From Bryobacterales bacterium (lineage in GTDB: Bacteria > Acidobacteriota > Terriglobia > Bryobacterales > UBA6623), in NCBI GenBank assembly GCA_963422375.2, contig OY729428.2, positions 1,824,001 through 1,888,000 of the forward strand: a stretch of 64,000 bases of DNA, given 5' to 3'. Both the position numbers and the translations under genes were made by a program. This document shows, one piece after another, positions 10,222 to 20,616 of the stretch (position 1 is its first letter; each line of letters opens with the position of its first letter). A model generated the notes under the pieces. It did no database searches. It was given only the letters and a program-made list of their open reading frames with translations, and had not been told where the DNA came from.

Positions 10222-11664
10222 CTACCAGACCCACCACCTGTCCAGCTGGGCTTCGAGTCCCTTGCGCACGCCGGCGTGCTCGGCGGATTCGGCAAGGTTC
10301 TGGCGTTCGCGCGGGCGGCTGTCCGCGAGCCTGTACAGCTCTGGCGGCTCCGTCTCGTTCAGAATCAGCTTCCACTCCCGCGTCCGCACCATCTTGGTGC
10401 GGTGCATGGGGCGCATCGAAGGCGACAGCACCTGCGTGTGGCGCGGTCTGGCGTCGGGGTCGTCGGGAGCCAGAACCGGCGGCAGCACGTCGGGCGCGAG
10501 ATCCCCGTACGCCGCCGAGGTGAACAGTTCTTCGCGTCCCGGGTCGCCGCTCAGCAAGGTTCCGGCCAATGACGCGCCCGAGGCCTCGGGCGGGCGCTTC
10601 GCGCCCGTAAGCTCGGCCAGGGTGGGGAACAGGTCCGCCGAGGCCGCGAGCGCGTCGGTGCGGGTGCCCGGTGAGATCCGGCCGGGAGCCCACCAGATCA
10701 TAGGCACCTGCAGCAGCGAGTCATAGAGGAACATGCCCTTGCGGACCATGCCGTAGTCGCCCATGAAGTCGCCGTGGTCCGCCGTGAGAACCACGAAAGT
10801 GTTCTCGGCAAGGCCGTGGTCCTCGAGCGCCCGCAGCAGTCGCCCGACGGGGCGGTCGACACCCCACTCGACTTGCGCGTAGTAGTAGCGCATGGTCTCC
10901 CCCATGTCCTCGCGGTCGAGTTCTCCGAAGCCCATCGCGCGGTGGTACCGCTCGAGCCGCGCGCAGAGCGCCGCCGGATCGACGCGCTCGGGGAGGACCA
11001 TGTCCCCGGAGTTGTACCTGGCCGCGTAGCGCGAAGGGGCCATGTAGGGCGGATGCGGATCGAAGTAGCTGACATGGAGAAAGAACGGGTCCCCCCCGGC
11101 TCCGGCGAGGAAATTGATCGCCGACTCGGTGTTGATGTGCGGATAGCAGTCCTCTTCGGGCCAGTAGACCGACGAGTGCCAGTGCGGCGGGACGTACCCG
11201 TTGTAGCGCCGGAACGGCTCGCGGTCTCGGATGTCGGCGTAGTCGCACTCGTTCACGGCCTCCGGGGCGTAGGTGTGGTTCTTGCCCACCCACCCGGTGC
11301 GGTAGCCGCGCCGCGCGAAATGATCCAGCATCGAGCCCTGCCATGCCAGCTTGTCGCCGTCTCGGTTCGTCAGGGACCCGTGCTCGTGCGGGTGCTGGCC
11401 TGCGAAGCATGACTTTCGGCTCGGCACGCAGACCGGGCCGCTCGAGAACCCGTTGCGGAAGAGCAGGCCCTCTCTCGCCATGCGGTCGAGGCTCGGCGTG
11501 CGGACATTGGGATGGCCGACCGCGCCGATGCAATCGCCACGCATCTGGTCGACCGTCACGAACAGCACGTTGGGCGGTGCGTCGGCTGCCCGGCCGGCGT
11601 GGAAGGCGGTCGCGCCAGCGGCTAGGAGGGCGGATTTAGTGAAGTCGCGCCGAGAGCAAGGCAT
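10222..11664 (-). CDS. Sulfatase-like hydrolase with Tat signal
   Basis: SRRDFTK twin-arginine leader; PNVLFVTVDQ, CVPSR (CxPxR), PHPPY and ADHGD motifs. Confidence 0.92.
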   Translation of the reverse strand: MPCSRRDFTKSALLAAGATAFHAGRAADAPPNVLFVTVDQMRGDCIGAVGHPNVRTPSLDRMAREGLLFRNGFSSGPVCVPSRKSCFAGQHPHEHGSLTNRDGDKLAWQGSMLDHFARRGYRTGWVGKNHTYAPEAVNECDYADIRDREPFRRYNGYVPPHWHSSVYWPEEDCYPHINTESAINFLAGAGGDPFFLHVSYFDPHPPYMAPSRYAARYNSGDMVLPERVDPAALCARLERYHRAMGFGELDREDMGETMRYYYAQVEWGVDRPVGRLLRALEDHGLAENTFVVLTADHGDFMGDYGMVRKGMFLYDSLLQVPMIWWAPGRISPGTRTDALAASADLFPTLAELTGAKRPPEASGASLAGTLLSGDPGREELFTSAAYGDLAPDVLPPVLAPDDPDARPRHTQVLSPSMRPMHRTKMVRTREWKLILNETEPPELYRLADSRPRERQNLAESAEHAGVRKGLEAQLDRWWVW

Positions 11665-11949
11665 CGCAGTGTCAGTATGACAAACGCAGGGTTGGTCGGC
11701 TCGCGCCTCCGATGCCTGATCGTCCCGACGAGAGCGCAGCCGCTGACCGCACGCTCGGAAGTTCCCTCCATCCGACCCGGGACCTCCCCTCGCGTCCTGA
11801 CCGAGGCCCCGGCCGGCGAATCTATGCCAACGCACTCCAATCTCCGCCCAGCACATGTGCCGAAGCGACATCCGCGCGCGGTCGCCTGGTGCTGCTCGGC
11901 ACAGCGGCTCGTCAAGCAGCAAGACGGGGTGCGCACAGTACTGCCACTA

Positions 11950-12363
11950 TCTCGGCCGGGCATTGCTCGGGCTGATGCTCGACCATTCCGAGGAAGGATA
12001 CTTCAGAGTAATGTCATGATATACGTTCCGAGTCTTGGTAGAATAATCATACGAAGCTGGATGCTATCCTCACTCTAGCCTTATTTGTGATCAACATAGA
12101 TTCACTATATGCAGTGTTGAAATGATTAGATATAGGTCCATATATACCAGAGCGATATCTACGGTATGGCGTGTGTCTATTCCCCTGAGAACCGTCAATT
12201 CGTGGAAGTCGAGGAGACCTGAAGCTTCACGTTCATAGACCACGCCTGTGCGGCAAGCCGGCACCCGATGAGGTCCGACCGGAGGCCGTGCTACGATGGT
12301 GTCTCGCATTGAGAACGGCACCGTACTCCCCGCTGGTCCATACCGTCGCGGGAGGTCGGTCAC
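11950..12363 (-). pseudogene. AT-rich degraded gene remnant, unknown family
   Basis: Strongly AT-rich 12000-12200 containing only short, stop-interrupted ORFs. Strand tentative. Confidence 0.3.
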
Positions 12364-12387
12364 GTTCCTGCCTCGCTGTGCCTAGCA

Positions 12388-13596
12388 ATGCTCGTCAGGT
12401 GCTTGGTGGTTTCGATTCTCGCGGGGTCGGCGCTGGGATCCCCGAGCGATCCGGTGGCCGCGCTTGACCGGCGCCTGGCCGCCGGGGAGGTCCGGCTCTC
12501 GTTCGATCCCCGGTGGGGATACCTTCCGGCAGTCTTGTCGGCGCTCGACGTTCCGGTCTCGTCCCAGGTGCTGGTGTTCTCGAAGACTAGCGCGCAATTC
12601 CGGCTGATCAACCCGGGGAACCCCCGGGCGATCTATTTCAACGACGAGACGTATGTGGGATGGGTCCCCGGAGGCCCCTTTCTCGAGATCTCGACGGCCG
12701 TGGCGGGCGGCACGGCGGCCTTCTACTCGCTGCCTCAGCGTCGAGCGGAGCGTCCGAGGCTCGTGGCAGATGACGGTGCCTGCCTGCAGTGCCACGAGAG
12801 CCCGCGGACGCTCGGCGTTCCCGGGCATCTCACGCGCTCGGTCTTTCCCGGTGAGGACGGCCTGCCGCATTTCGCGCACGGGACCGTAAACGTAGACCAC
12901 GCCACGCCGATTACGCGGCGCTGGGGCGGTTGGTTCGTGACCGGGAACGTGCCGATGCCTCACCGGGGCAATTCCTTCGGTCCGGAGCGGAGCCATGGCG
13001 AGTGGGCCGCCGGCCGGCTCGAGCGGCCGCCGGCCTCCCTCTTCGACCCGCGCAGGTACTTGGTGCCGCACAGCGACGTGGTGGCACACTTGGTGCTGGC
13101 CCACCAGACTCGCGTGCATAACTCGCTCGCAAGGGCCGGTGCCGAGGCGCGCAACGCGCTCGCATACCAACAAGAGATGGAGCGGCTATTCGGCCGCCCG
13201 TCCGAATCCCTGCTCGCCTCGGTCAGGAGGCGCATCGAGAGGCCCGCCGAGCAGCTCGTGCGGGACCTCCTTCTTGTCGGAGAGGCCCCGCTGGATGGGC
13301 CGGTGGAAGGGGACTCGGTGTTCGCCGAGGAATTCCAGCGCAGCCGTTCGGTCGAGGGAGCGGACGACCCGCTGCGCGAACTCCACTTGGGCACTAGGCT
13401 GTTCCGGCGTCGCTGCAGCTTCCTGATTCGCTCCGCTTCCTACGCCCGGCTGCCGCGGCGCGTGCGCGTCTACGTCCAGCGACGCCTCGCCGAGATTCTT
13501 GAGGGCCGGAACGCCGCCGGCGACTTCGCGCACCTTGGGCCGGAAGACCGCGAAGCGATCAGGCGCCTGCTCGGCGGGCGGCTCGCCCTCCGCTAG
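12388..13596 (+). CDS. Secreted monoheme c-type cytochrome-like hypothetical protein
   Basis: Signal peptide; SQVLVFSKTS, PRAIYFNDETYVGW, CLQCH heme-binding motif, RWGGWFVTG. Confidence 0.8.
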   Translation: MLVRCLVVSILAGSALGSPSDPVAALDRRLAAGEVRLSFDPRWGYLPAVLSALDVPVSSQVLVFSKTSAQFRLINPGNPRAIYFNDETYVGWVPGGPFLEISTAVAGGTAAFYSLPQRRAERPRLVADDGACLQCHESPRTLGVPGHLTRSVFPGEDGLPHFAHGTVNVDHATPITRRWGGWFVTGNVPMPHRGNSFGPERSHGEWAAGRLERPPASLFDPRRYLVPHSDVVAHLVLAHQTRVHNSLARAGAEARNALAYQQEMERLFGRPSESLLASVRRRIERPAEQLVRDLLLVGEAPLDGPVEGDSVFAEEFQRSRSVEGADDPLRELHLGTRLFRRRCSFLIRSASYARLPRRVRVYVQRRLAEILEGRNAAGDFAHLGPEDREAIRRLLGGRLALR

Positions 13597-13677
13597 TCTC
13601 CGGCTACATCGCGCCACCGAACCCGATCCGCGCTGAGCTACTCCATAATTGAAGGTGCAGGGCAGACGCCAAGCGGC

Positions 13678-16600
13678 ATGGTGAGCGCAAAGATTATGCA
13701 GTCCGGAAGGGAGCGAACTCGACTCCTGAGCGAGGCGCTGGACGAGCGCATTCTCGTCTTGGACGGCGCGATGGGCACGGCCTTGCAGGACGCCGGCCTT
13801 ACTGCCGCGGACTTCGGCGGGCCTGCGCTGGAAGGCTGCAACGAGAACGTCGTGCTCACCCGGCCGGACGTGGTGCGGGGAATCCACGAAGGCTATTGCG
13901 CTGCCGGCGCCGACATCATCGAGACCAACACGTTCGGGGCGATTGACATCGTTCTCTCCGAGTACGGCCTCCGGGACAGCGTCGAGCGAATCAACTCCGA
14001 GGCCGGCCGCCTCGCTCGGGAGGCCGCCGCCGCGTATTCCAGGCCGGGCCGGCCGATCTTCGTCGCAGGGGCCATGGGCCCGTCGACCAAGTCCATCTCC
14101 GTTACCGGCGGCGTCACCTACAAGGAGCTCGTCGCCTCGTACCGCCAGCAGGCTCTCGCGCTAGCCGAGCATGCCGACCTGCTGATTCTGGAGACCTGCC
14201 AAGACACGCGCAACGTCAAGGCGGCCCTGATCGGAATCGAGCGCGCGCTGCGGGAGTTCGGCTCGAGGCTGCCGGTGATCGTTTCGGGGACGGTCGAGCC
14301 GATGGGGACGATGCTGGCGGGCCAGTCCGCCGAGGCCTTGGTCGTGTCCCTGGAGCACGCCGACCTCTTGGCGATCGGCCTGAACTGCGCGACGGGCCCG
14401 GAGTTCATGGCCGACCACTTGCGCACGATCCACGAGACGGCCGCGCCGCTCGTCTCCTGCTATCCCAACGCGGGCCTGCCGGACGAAGACGGCCGGTACG
14501 GCGAGTCCCCGGATTCGCTGGCTTCCGCCTTGGAGCGCTTCGCTCGCAACGGTTGGCTCAATATCGCGGGTGGATGCTGCGGGACGACTCCGGACCACAT
14601 CCGCGCCATTGCCCAGATGGCGGAGGCTCACGCGCCGCGCGGGCACTCGCCCGCGCGGCGCTCTGTGTTCAGCGGCATCGAGGTCGTCGAGGCCTCCGAC
14701 GACAACCGCCCCCTGTTGGTGGGCGAACGCACGAACGTAGTCGGCTCGCGCCGCTTCAAGCGTCTCATCTCCCGGCAAGAGTACGAGAAGGCGGCCGAGG
14801 TCGGTCGCGCCCAGGTGAAGGGGGGCGCCCAGGTTCTGGATGTCAATCTCGAGAACCCGGATCGCGACGAGCTGTCCGATATCGACGCGTTCTACGCGCA
14901 GCTGATCCGCAAGGTGAAGGTCCCGATCATGATTGACTCGACCGACCCGGCGGCAGTCGAGCGGGCTCTGACCTATTGCCAGGGCAAGGCGATCGTCAAC
15001 TCGATCAATTTCGAAGACGGCGAGGCGCGCATCAATCGCGTCGCGCCGCTCGTGCGACGCTACGGCACCGCGGTCATCGTGGGCGCGATCGACGAAGATC
15101 CCCGCCAGGCACAGGCCGTGACGAGGGAGCGCAAGCTGGCAATAGCCGAGCGGGCGCACGCCCTGCTGACAGGTAAGTGGGGCATTGCGGAGCACGACAT
15201 TGTCTTCGACCCTCTCGTGTTTCCGTGCGGCACGGGCGATGCCGGCTACATCGGCAGCGCTGTCGAGACCATCGAGTCCCTGCGCCTGATCAAACAGAGG
15301 ATGCCGCGCGCGAAGACCGTGCTCGGCATCAGCAACGTGAGCTTCGGACTGCAGCCGGCAGCCCGCGAGGCCGTCAACGCGGTCTTCCTCTACCACGCCA
15401 CCAAGGCCGGTCTGGACCTTGCCATCGTCAACACCGAGAAGCTGCGGCGCTTCGCATCGATGTCCCCCGAGGAGCGCACACTCGCCGAGGCGCTGCTGTA
15501 CAACTCCCCCTTGGCCGGCACGGATGCTCCGGTGGACTACCGGAAGCAGACTCCGGAGCAGCGGGTCCTGATCAACCAGCGCCATATCGCGCAGGTCACC
15601 GAGCATTTCCGGGGAGCGGTCGCCCGAACCGGGCCTGAGACGGCTGACTTGCCCGTCGACGAGCGCCTCGCCCGCTACATCGTCGAGGGCACAAAGGAGG
15701 GGCTGCTCGCGGACCTCGACGAAAAGCTGGAGGCCGGCCAGCGTCCTCTTGCCATAGTGAACGGCCCTCTGATGGACGGCATGAAGGAGGTCGGCCGCCT
15801 CTTCAACCGCAACGAACTCATCGTGGCGGAGGTCTTGCAGTCGGCCGAGTCGATGAAGGCGGCGGTCGACTATCTCGAGCCCCACATGGGCAAGCTGGAG
15901 GGCGTGAACAAGGGCAAGGTGATCCTTGCCACTGTCAAGGGCGATGTCCACGACATCGGCAAGAACCTAGTGGACATCATCCTGTCCAACAACGGCTACG
16001 AGGTCCTCAACCTCGGCATCAAGGTGCCCCCGGAGGATCTGGTCGGCGCCAGCCGCGAGCACAGCCCCGACGCGATCGGCCTCTCGGGCCTGTTAGTCAA
16101 GAGCGCGCAGCAGATGGTCGTCACGGCCCAGGATCTTAGGGCCGCGGGCGTCAGCGTGCCACTGCTCGTTGGCGGGGCCGCCCTGAGCGCCGGCTTCACC
16201 CGGAAGCGCATCGCGCCCGCTTACGGCGAGCTCACTTGCTACGCGAAGGACGCGATGAGCGGGCTGGCGCTGCTGGACCGCGTCATGGACCCGGATGCCC
16301 GCCCCTCACTGCGACGGGAGTATGCGCCACTGGCCGACACGCCCGGCGGCCCGGATCCCGCCAGGGAAAAAGGGGCGGCGGCGCGCAGCACCCGCGCGAG
16401 GGCCGACGTGCCCCCGTTGCAGCCCCCGTACAGCGTCCGGCGGGTGGCCGAAATCCCCCATCTCAACGATCTCTGGCGGTACATCAACCCAGCCATGCTC
16501 TACTCCCGCCACATGGGATTCCGCGGCAACTTCAGGAGGGCCGTAGCCCGGCGCGACGAGAAGGCGCTCGCGCTGAAGGATGGGATGGAACAGATGATGG

Positions 16601-17202
16601 CCGAGGCGCAGGCCTTCATGAAGGTGCGGGCCGTGTGGAGATTCGTCGACGCCGAGGGGCGCGGCAATGTCGTCCGGCTGTACGAGCCTAGGGGCGGGGC
16701 ATTCCTGCACGCATTCACTTTCCCCCGCCAGCGCCGGGCCGACGGGCTGAGCCTGTCTGACTACATCGTCTCGCCGAACGGTCATCGCGACTCGCTCGCG
16801 CTGATGTGCGTCACGGCGGGGGAGGGTATCCGCGAGCGGTCGGAAGCGTACCGCGTCGCCGGGCAGTACCTGAAGTCGCACGCCGTGCAGGCTCTGGCGA
16901 TCGAGACGGCCGAGGCCTGCGCGGAGTGGCTGCACCGGCGCATCCGCGAGGACTGGGGATTCGCGGATCCTGTTGGGTTGACGATGGCCGACCGGCTGAA
17001 GTCGAAGTATCGCGGCCGACGATACAGCTTCGGGTACGCCGCCTGCCCGAACCTGGACGATCAGCTCGGGCTGTTCCAACTGCTGCGGCCAGAGGACATC
17101 GGCGTTACGCTGACGGACGGGTCGATGATGGATCCCGAGGCCAGCGTCAGCGCGCTCGTCTTCCAGCACCCGGACTGCATCTACTTCGACGTGAATTCCT
17201 AG
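13678..17202 (+). CDS. metH: Cobalamin-dependent methionine synthase
   Basis: LDGAMGT, GLNCATGP, GGCCGT, pterin domain GERTN, B12 motif DVHDIGKN..SGL, and RYSFGYAACP. Start may be 13696. Confidence 0.97.
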   Translation: MVSAKIMQSGRERTRLLSEALDERILVLDGAMGTALQDAGLTAADFGGPALEGCNENVVLTRPDVVRGIHEGYCAAGADIIETNTFGAIDIVLSEYGLRDSVERINSEAGRLAREAAAAYSRPGRPIFVAGAMGPSTKSISVTGGVTYKELVASYRQQALALAEHADLLILETCQDTRNVKAALIGIERALREFGSRLPVIVSGTVEPMGTMLAGQSAEALVVSLEHADLLAIGLNCATGPEFMADHLRTIHETAAPLVSCYPNAGLPDEDGRYGESPDSLASALERFARNGWLNIAGGCCGTTPDHIRAIAQMAEAHAPRGHSPARRSVFSGIEVVEASDDNRPLLVGERTNVVGSRRFKRLISRQEYEKAAEVGRAQVKGGAQVLDVNLENPDRDELSDIDAFYAQLIRKVKVPIMIDSTDPAAVERALTYCQGKAIVNSINFEDGEARINRVAPLVRRYGTAVIVGAIDEDPRQAQAVTRERKLAIAERAHALLTGKWGIAEHDIVFDPLVFPCGTGDAGYIGSAVETIESLRLIKQRMPRAKTVLGISNVSFGLQPAAREAVNAVFLYHATKAGLDLAIVNTEKLRRFASMSPEERTLAEALLYNSPLAGTDAPVDYRKQTPEQRVLINQRHIAQVTEHFRGAVARTGPETADLPVDERLARYIVEGTKEGLLADLDEKLEAGQRPLAIVNGPLMDGMKEVGRLFNRNELIVAEVLQSAESMKAAVDYLEPHMGKLEGVNKGKVILATVKGDVHDIGKNLVDIILSNNGYEVLNLGIKVPPEDLVGASREHSPDAIGLSGLLVKSAQQMVVTAQDLRAAGVSVPLLVGGAALSAGFTRKRIAPAYGELTCYAKDAMSGLALLDRVMDPDARPSLRREYAPLADTPGGPDPAREKGAAARSTRARADVPPLQPPYSVRRVAEIPHLNDLWRYINPAMLYSRHMGFRGNFRRAVARRDEKALALKDGMEQMMAEAQAFMKVRAVWRFVDAEGRGNVVRLYEPRGGAFLHAFTFPRQRRADGLSLSDYIVSPNGHRDSLALMCVTAGEGIRERSEAYRVAGQYLKSHAVQALAIETAEACAEWLHRRIREDWGFADPVGLTMADRLKSKYRGRRYSFGYAACPNLDDQLGLFQLLRPEDIGVTLTDGSMMDPEASVSALVFQHPDCIYFDVNS

Positions 17203-17381
17203 CGAGGGCACGCCTCGGACTGAAGAGGCTGCACTCCGGACGCTGGCCCGGTCTGCGAGGTGAAGTCGCGCGAGCCTCCCGCTGGCTGCGATGGGCCTGT
17301 CATGGCGGGCCGGCGTATCCATCGCCGTCGCCCGCTCCGGGACGGCCGTGGTCCGCGGGGGAAATTTCACACGCTTCGTGA

Positions 17382-18050
17382 TTGGTCAAGTGGCGTGCCG
17401 CGAATGAGGAGAGCGGTCCGACATTGCCTCGCGCCGCAATCTCGGTCTCTACGAGCCGACGAATGGGTGTCTTTGTCTTCAGCAAGGGACACTTGGATGA
17501 TGCTTCCGATGCGGTCGCCTTGACACTACTCTCATCAGGTCATAGCCCATCCTACGGTCGAGATATGCGGAATCAGAAGTGTATGGAACACCTTTCTGAA
17601 ACTGCGGCCTCTTATCGAAATTATCCGAAGTATTCTAGAACAATTTGGGTGGCATACCATTCGGCATAGGCTGTATATATCTAGATGGAGTCTACTAGTT
17701 TGTCCCAGATTGTTTCACGAAGCAAGTCCCTCGGAGGCATCGTGCTCGTTGTTCTGGATGGTGCTCCGATGAATTGTACGGAGTGGCCTGAGCAGCTTAG
17801 TTACCAACCAAGCAAGGAAGAATGGAGCAAGGGGCTAACGAACATTCGACTCGCGATGCAACGTGCGATCCAAGCACGTCTTGGCATAGGCGACAAGACA
17901 AGCGACTGTTTCGGCCGAATTCGCGGAATTACCGAGGAGACACTGATTTCCCTTGATGCACGCCAGCCCGTATCTCTCCTTGCAATGTTTGGCGGCTGTG
18001 CGAGAGACGATCCTGCGAGAGTTCCGTTCCAGTCGCAGGTTCGGCGAGCC
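17382..18050 (+). pseudogene. Lower-GC gene remnant with in-frame stops
   Basis: ORFs 17382-17669 and 17685-18092 are in the same frame, separated by two TAG codons. Confidence 0.4.
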
Positions 18051-18052
18051 GG

Positions 18053-19219
18053 CTATGCCGGAGGGGGGCTCCAGATCGTCGCGCCGATGTAACGCTCCGG
18101 TCCCGACGCCTCGTCGGTGAAGTAGTAGACCGCCACGACCTTGCCGTCTGGGCGCTGCACTGCCCGCACGTAGCCGATGTCTCGGCTGGCACCGTCGTCC
18201 CGGAGCGTGATTTGGTCGCTCCACGTCCTCCCGCCGTCAGCGCTAAGGGTGGCACGGATGCTGTACGGTTCGGCCCTGTAGCCGTAGATGAGGCAGATCC
18301 GCCCGTCCAGCAGCTTGATCATCGCGGGCGGGTTGCCTACGCCCGTGTCAGGTACAGCTTCGTTCAGGTAGTCCCACGAGGCACCGTTGTCGGTCGAGAG
18401 GTACGTCCCGATCCAGCGCTTGGTTTCGTCGCGCATGCGCACAGTGACGAGAATATCCGTCTCGGAAAGGCGGACCGATGCCGGCATGATGGAGAACGCC
18501 TCCGGCTCCGGGCCAATCCAGGAGACACGAGTCCACGTCTTGCCTCCGTCGATTGTGCGCACGCACAGCGGGCGCCCTTCTCTGCCATTCGACTTGGCCG
18601 CAGTGATGAAGAGCGTGCAAAGGTCCTTTCCGTCGACGATGTAATCGGTGCGAGGGGCGATTCCGGGGGAATCGAAGTTCGGCAGCCGGAAGGGGCCATC
18701 CCAGGAACGGCCCCGGTCGTAGGAGTAGAAGACGCGGCCGGTTCCTGCGTGGATGCTGTTCGTCCGAATCGTGAGGGCTAGATCGGGGTGGCTGAAGTCG
18801 ATGCCGCCCTCGCTGTCGCGCAGCGGGGGAATCGTCACGCCCGGGCGCGTTACGCCGTGCAGATAGCCGCCCTCGGTAATGAGGTAGCCGTTGGCTCCCG
18901 GATCCTCGAGGGTCCAGCTGTCGCCGCCGTCCAAGCTCCTGGCCAGCATCGGAATTTCCGGCTTCTCCCGGTCGATGTGATGGCTCAGGCCCTGATCCTT
19001 GTAGTAGCCCATCCCGAAGCCGACGAGAATCTCGTCCCCCCAGCTCCAGATCCCGTGATTGGCGGGCCAGCCGCCGAACATGCCCTTCTCGAAGTAGACC
19101 TTGACGTGCCGAGGTTCCTCCGGTGCCGCAGGCGTCCCCGCGTCCGGGTCTCCGGGGCCAGAGCAACCGGCAGCGGCGATCAGGACGAGGCCTGTGGCGA
19201 AAGTGACGATTCGAGACAT
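18053..19219 (-). CDS. Sialidase/BNR-repeat family lipoprotein
   Basis: Lipobox AAAGC; Asp-box repeats SLDGGDSW, SYDRGRSW, TIDGGKTW, STDNGASW, SADGGRTW; GGAGAA RBS before ATG 19219. Confidence 0.88.
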   Translation of the reverse strand: MSRIVTFATGLVLIAAAGCSGPGDPDAGTPAAPEEPRHVKVYFEKGMFGGWPANHGIWSWGDEILVGFGMGYYKDQGLSHHIDREKPEIPMLARSLDGGDSWTLEDPGANGYLITEGGYLHGVTRPGVTIPPLRDSEGGIDFSHPDLALTIRTNSIHAGTGRVFYSYDRGRSWDGPFRLPNFDSPGIAPRTDYIVDGKDLCTLFITAAKSNGREGRPLCVRTIDGGKTWTRVSWIGPEPEAFSIMPASVRLSETDILVTVRMRDETKRWIGTYLSTDNGASWDYLNEAVPDTGVGNPPAMIKLLDGRICLIYGYRAEPYSIRATLSADGGRTWSDQITLRDDGASRDIGYVRAVQRPDGKVVAVYYFTDEASGPERYIGATIWSPPPA

Positions 19220-19682
19220 AGGGTTCTCCATGATTCCGGGACGCGCGCGGTCGTCGACCGGCGGACGGCCGCGAGCCGCGCATCCGAGACGGGTCGTACG
19301 CAAGAAGCATAGCGCACATGCTTCAGCGAGCGGGACGAGCGGCACGCGGGGAGTCCTGCTCGCCAGTCGCTCGGATTGACGCGCACCGTCGCTTGGATGT
19401 GCGGTGCGGCGGGACAGGGACGCCCGGCACGCCGCGAGGGAACGTACACCCTACGAACCGTCGCGGGCCGGGCTGACGCGGTGACCGACGAGGCTCGCCA
19501 CTAGCTGTCGAGCGGGCCGAGCCGCTCCCGCGGAGCCGCAGCAACGAGCCGGCTCCTTGACGCTGGAATTCGACGGTTTCGTTGCGAGGCAAATAGAACC
19601 TGGCCAACCGCGACGGTCTTGGCGGTGTGGCGAATTCGCTATTGCCCACTCCTGCCGGTTCTGATCTTGCAATAGAGGCTTG

Positions 19683-20140
19683 GGATTGCTGAAAACACAT
19701 TGAGTCAACTAGCGCATTGGCTTCGGATAGTCTCGGACCTAGTAAACCAGTGTACCGCCTGTTGGATGTAACAGCTGGTATACGTGACTTGAGGATATGG
19801 GATCCGAGGAGATATCGTATGCTCTACGGAATTCATTGTCGACTATTTGGATGCATTGGAGCAATCCGGAGAGCCGGTATCGCGGCGTGTGGAAACATCA
19901 GTGATATCGGACTTGAAGGTGTGATTTCGAGACGTGAGGCAGTTGCGCATCAGCACCGTCACTCATTTCAAGTCTCGGCAGGGAATGCATGATATCCAAA
20001 TGTTTATCCGAGGCGACCTCGCAGGCACCGATTGGCCGCCAGGCGTGTGGGAATTCCGCATCCACGAAGGCCCTTTTGAGGAGCTTCACTCCTTCCGGTC
20101 TGCCAGTAGCCTCTCTCGAGGTTGCGACGGGGACCTGTAG
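19683..20140 (+). pseudogene. Lower-GC gene remnant with three in-frame stops
   Basis: One frame reads GIAENTLSQLAHWLRIVSDLVNQ..*..*..TEFIVDYLDALEQSGEPVSRRVETSVISDLKV*FRDVRQLRIS. Confidence 0.4.
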
Positions 20141-20616
20141 ACGTCTGGTTCCGCTCAGAGACGGGACTCCTAGCGTCGAGGGCCTGAAGCCGCAAAGGCG
20201 CCCGCAATCGACCAAGCAGGTCCCGGAAATGGCTTCGGGCCGGTCGGCCAGTAACGGCCCCTGCGCATCTAGCCGGGAGAATGACGGCGGGCCGTTCGGC
20301 CTCCCGGCCGCCGGGCAAGCCCAACTGGAGGGTCCGCGCTAGGCCCGGCAGGGAAGATGGGTCAACGCGGACGCAAGCGCCGAGCGCCTCGCCGTGGCGA
20401 ATGGGATCACGGGAGCAGAGCCATTCGCGCGCCGCTCCGACCAGCTCGGCGAGATGCAGAACCTCGCCAAACGGATGAACGACCAGCACGAGTACCGTAC
20501 CTACTGTGTCGGGTGCTCCCCAGAGGCGCCGGGAGTCCGCATCGTGTCGAGGGCCCGTGACGAAAGGGCCTGAATTCAAGGCAACGAGCTCCTAATGCGA
20601 CTGTTACAATCCGACC

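Noticed and set aside
13597..13695. SAM, SAH or cobalamin riboswitch upstream of metH
   Set aside because: Short spacer with no consensus I could recognise; an Rfam scan would settle it.
14161..15951. Long antisense ORFs (here and opposite tricorn, PhoD and the ATPase)
   Set aside because: Shadow ORFs expected from GC-rich codon usage; no motifs.
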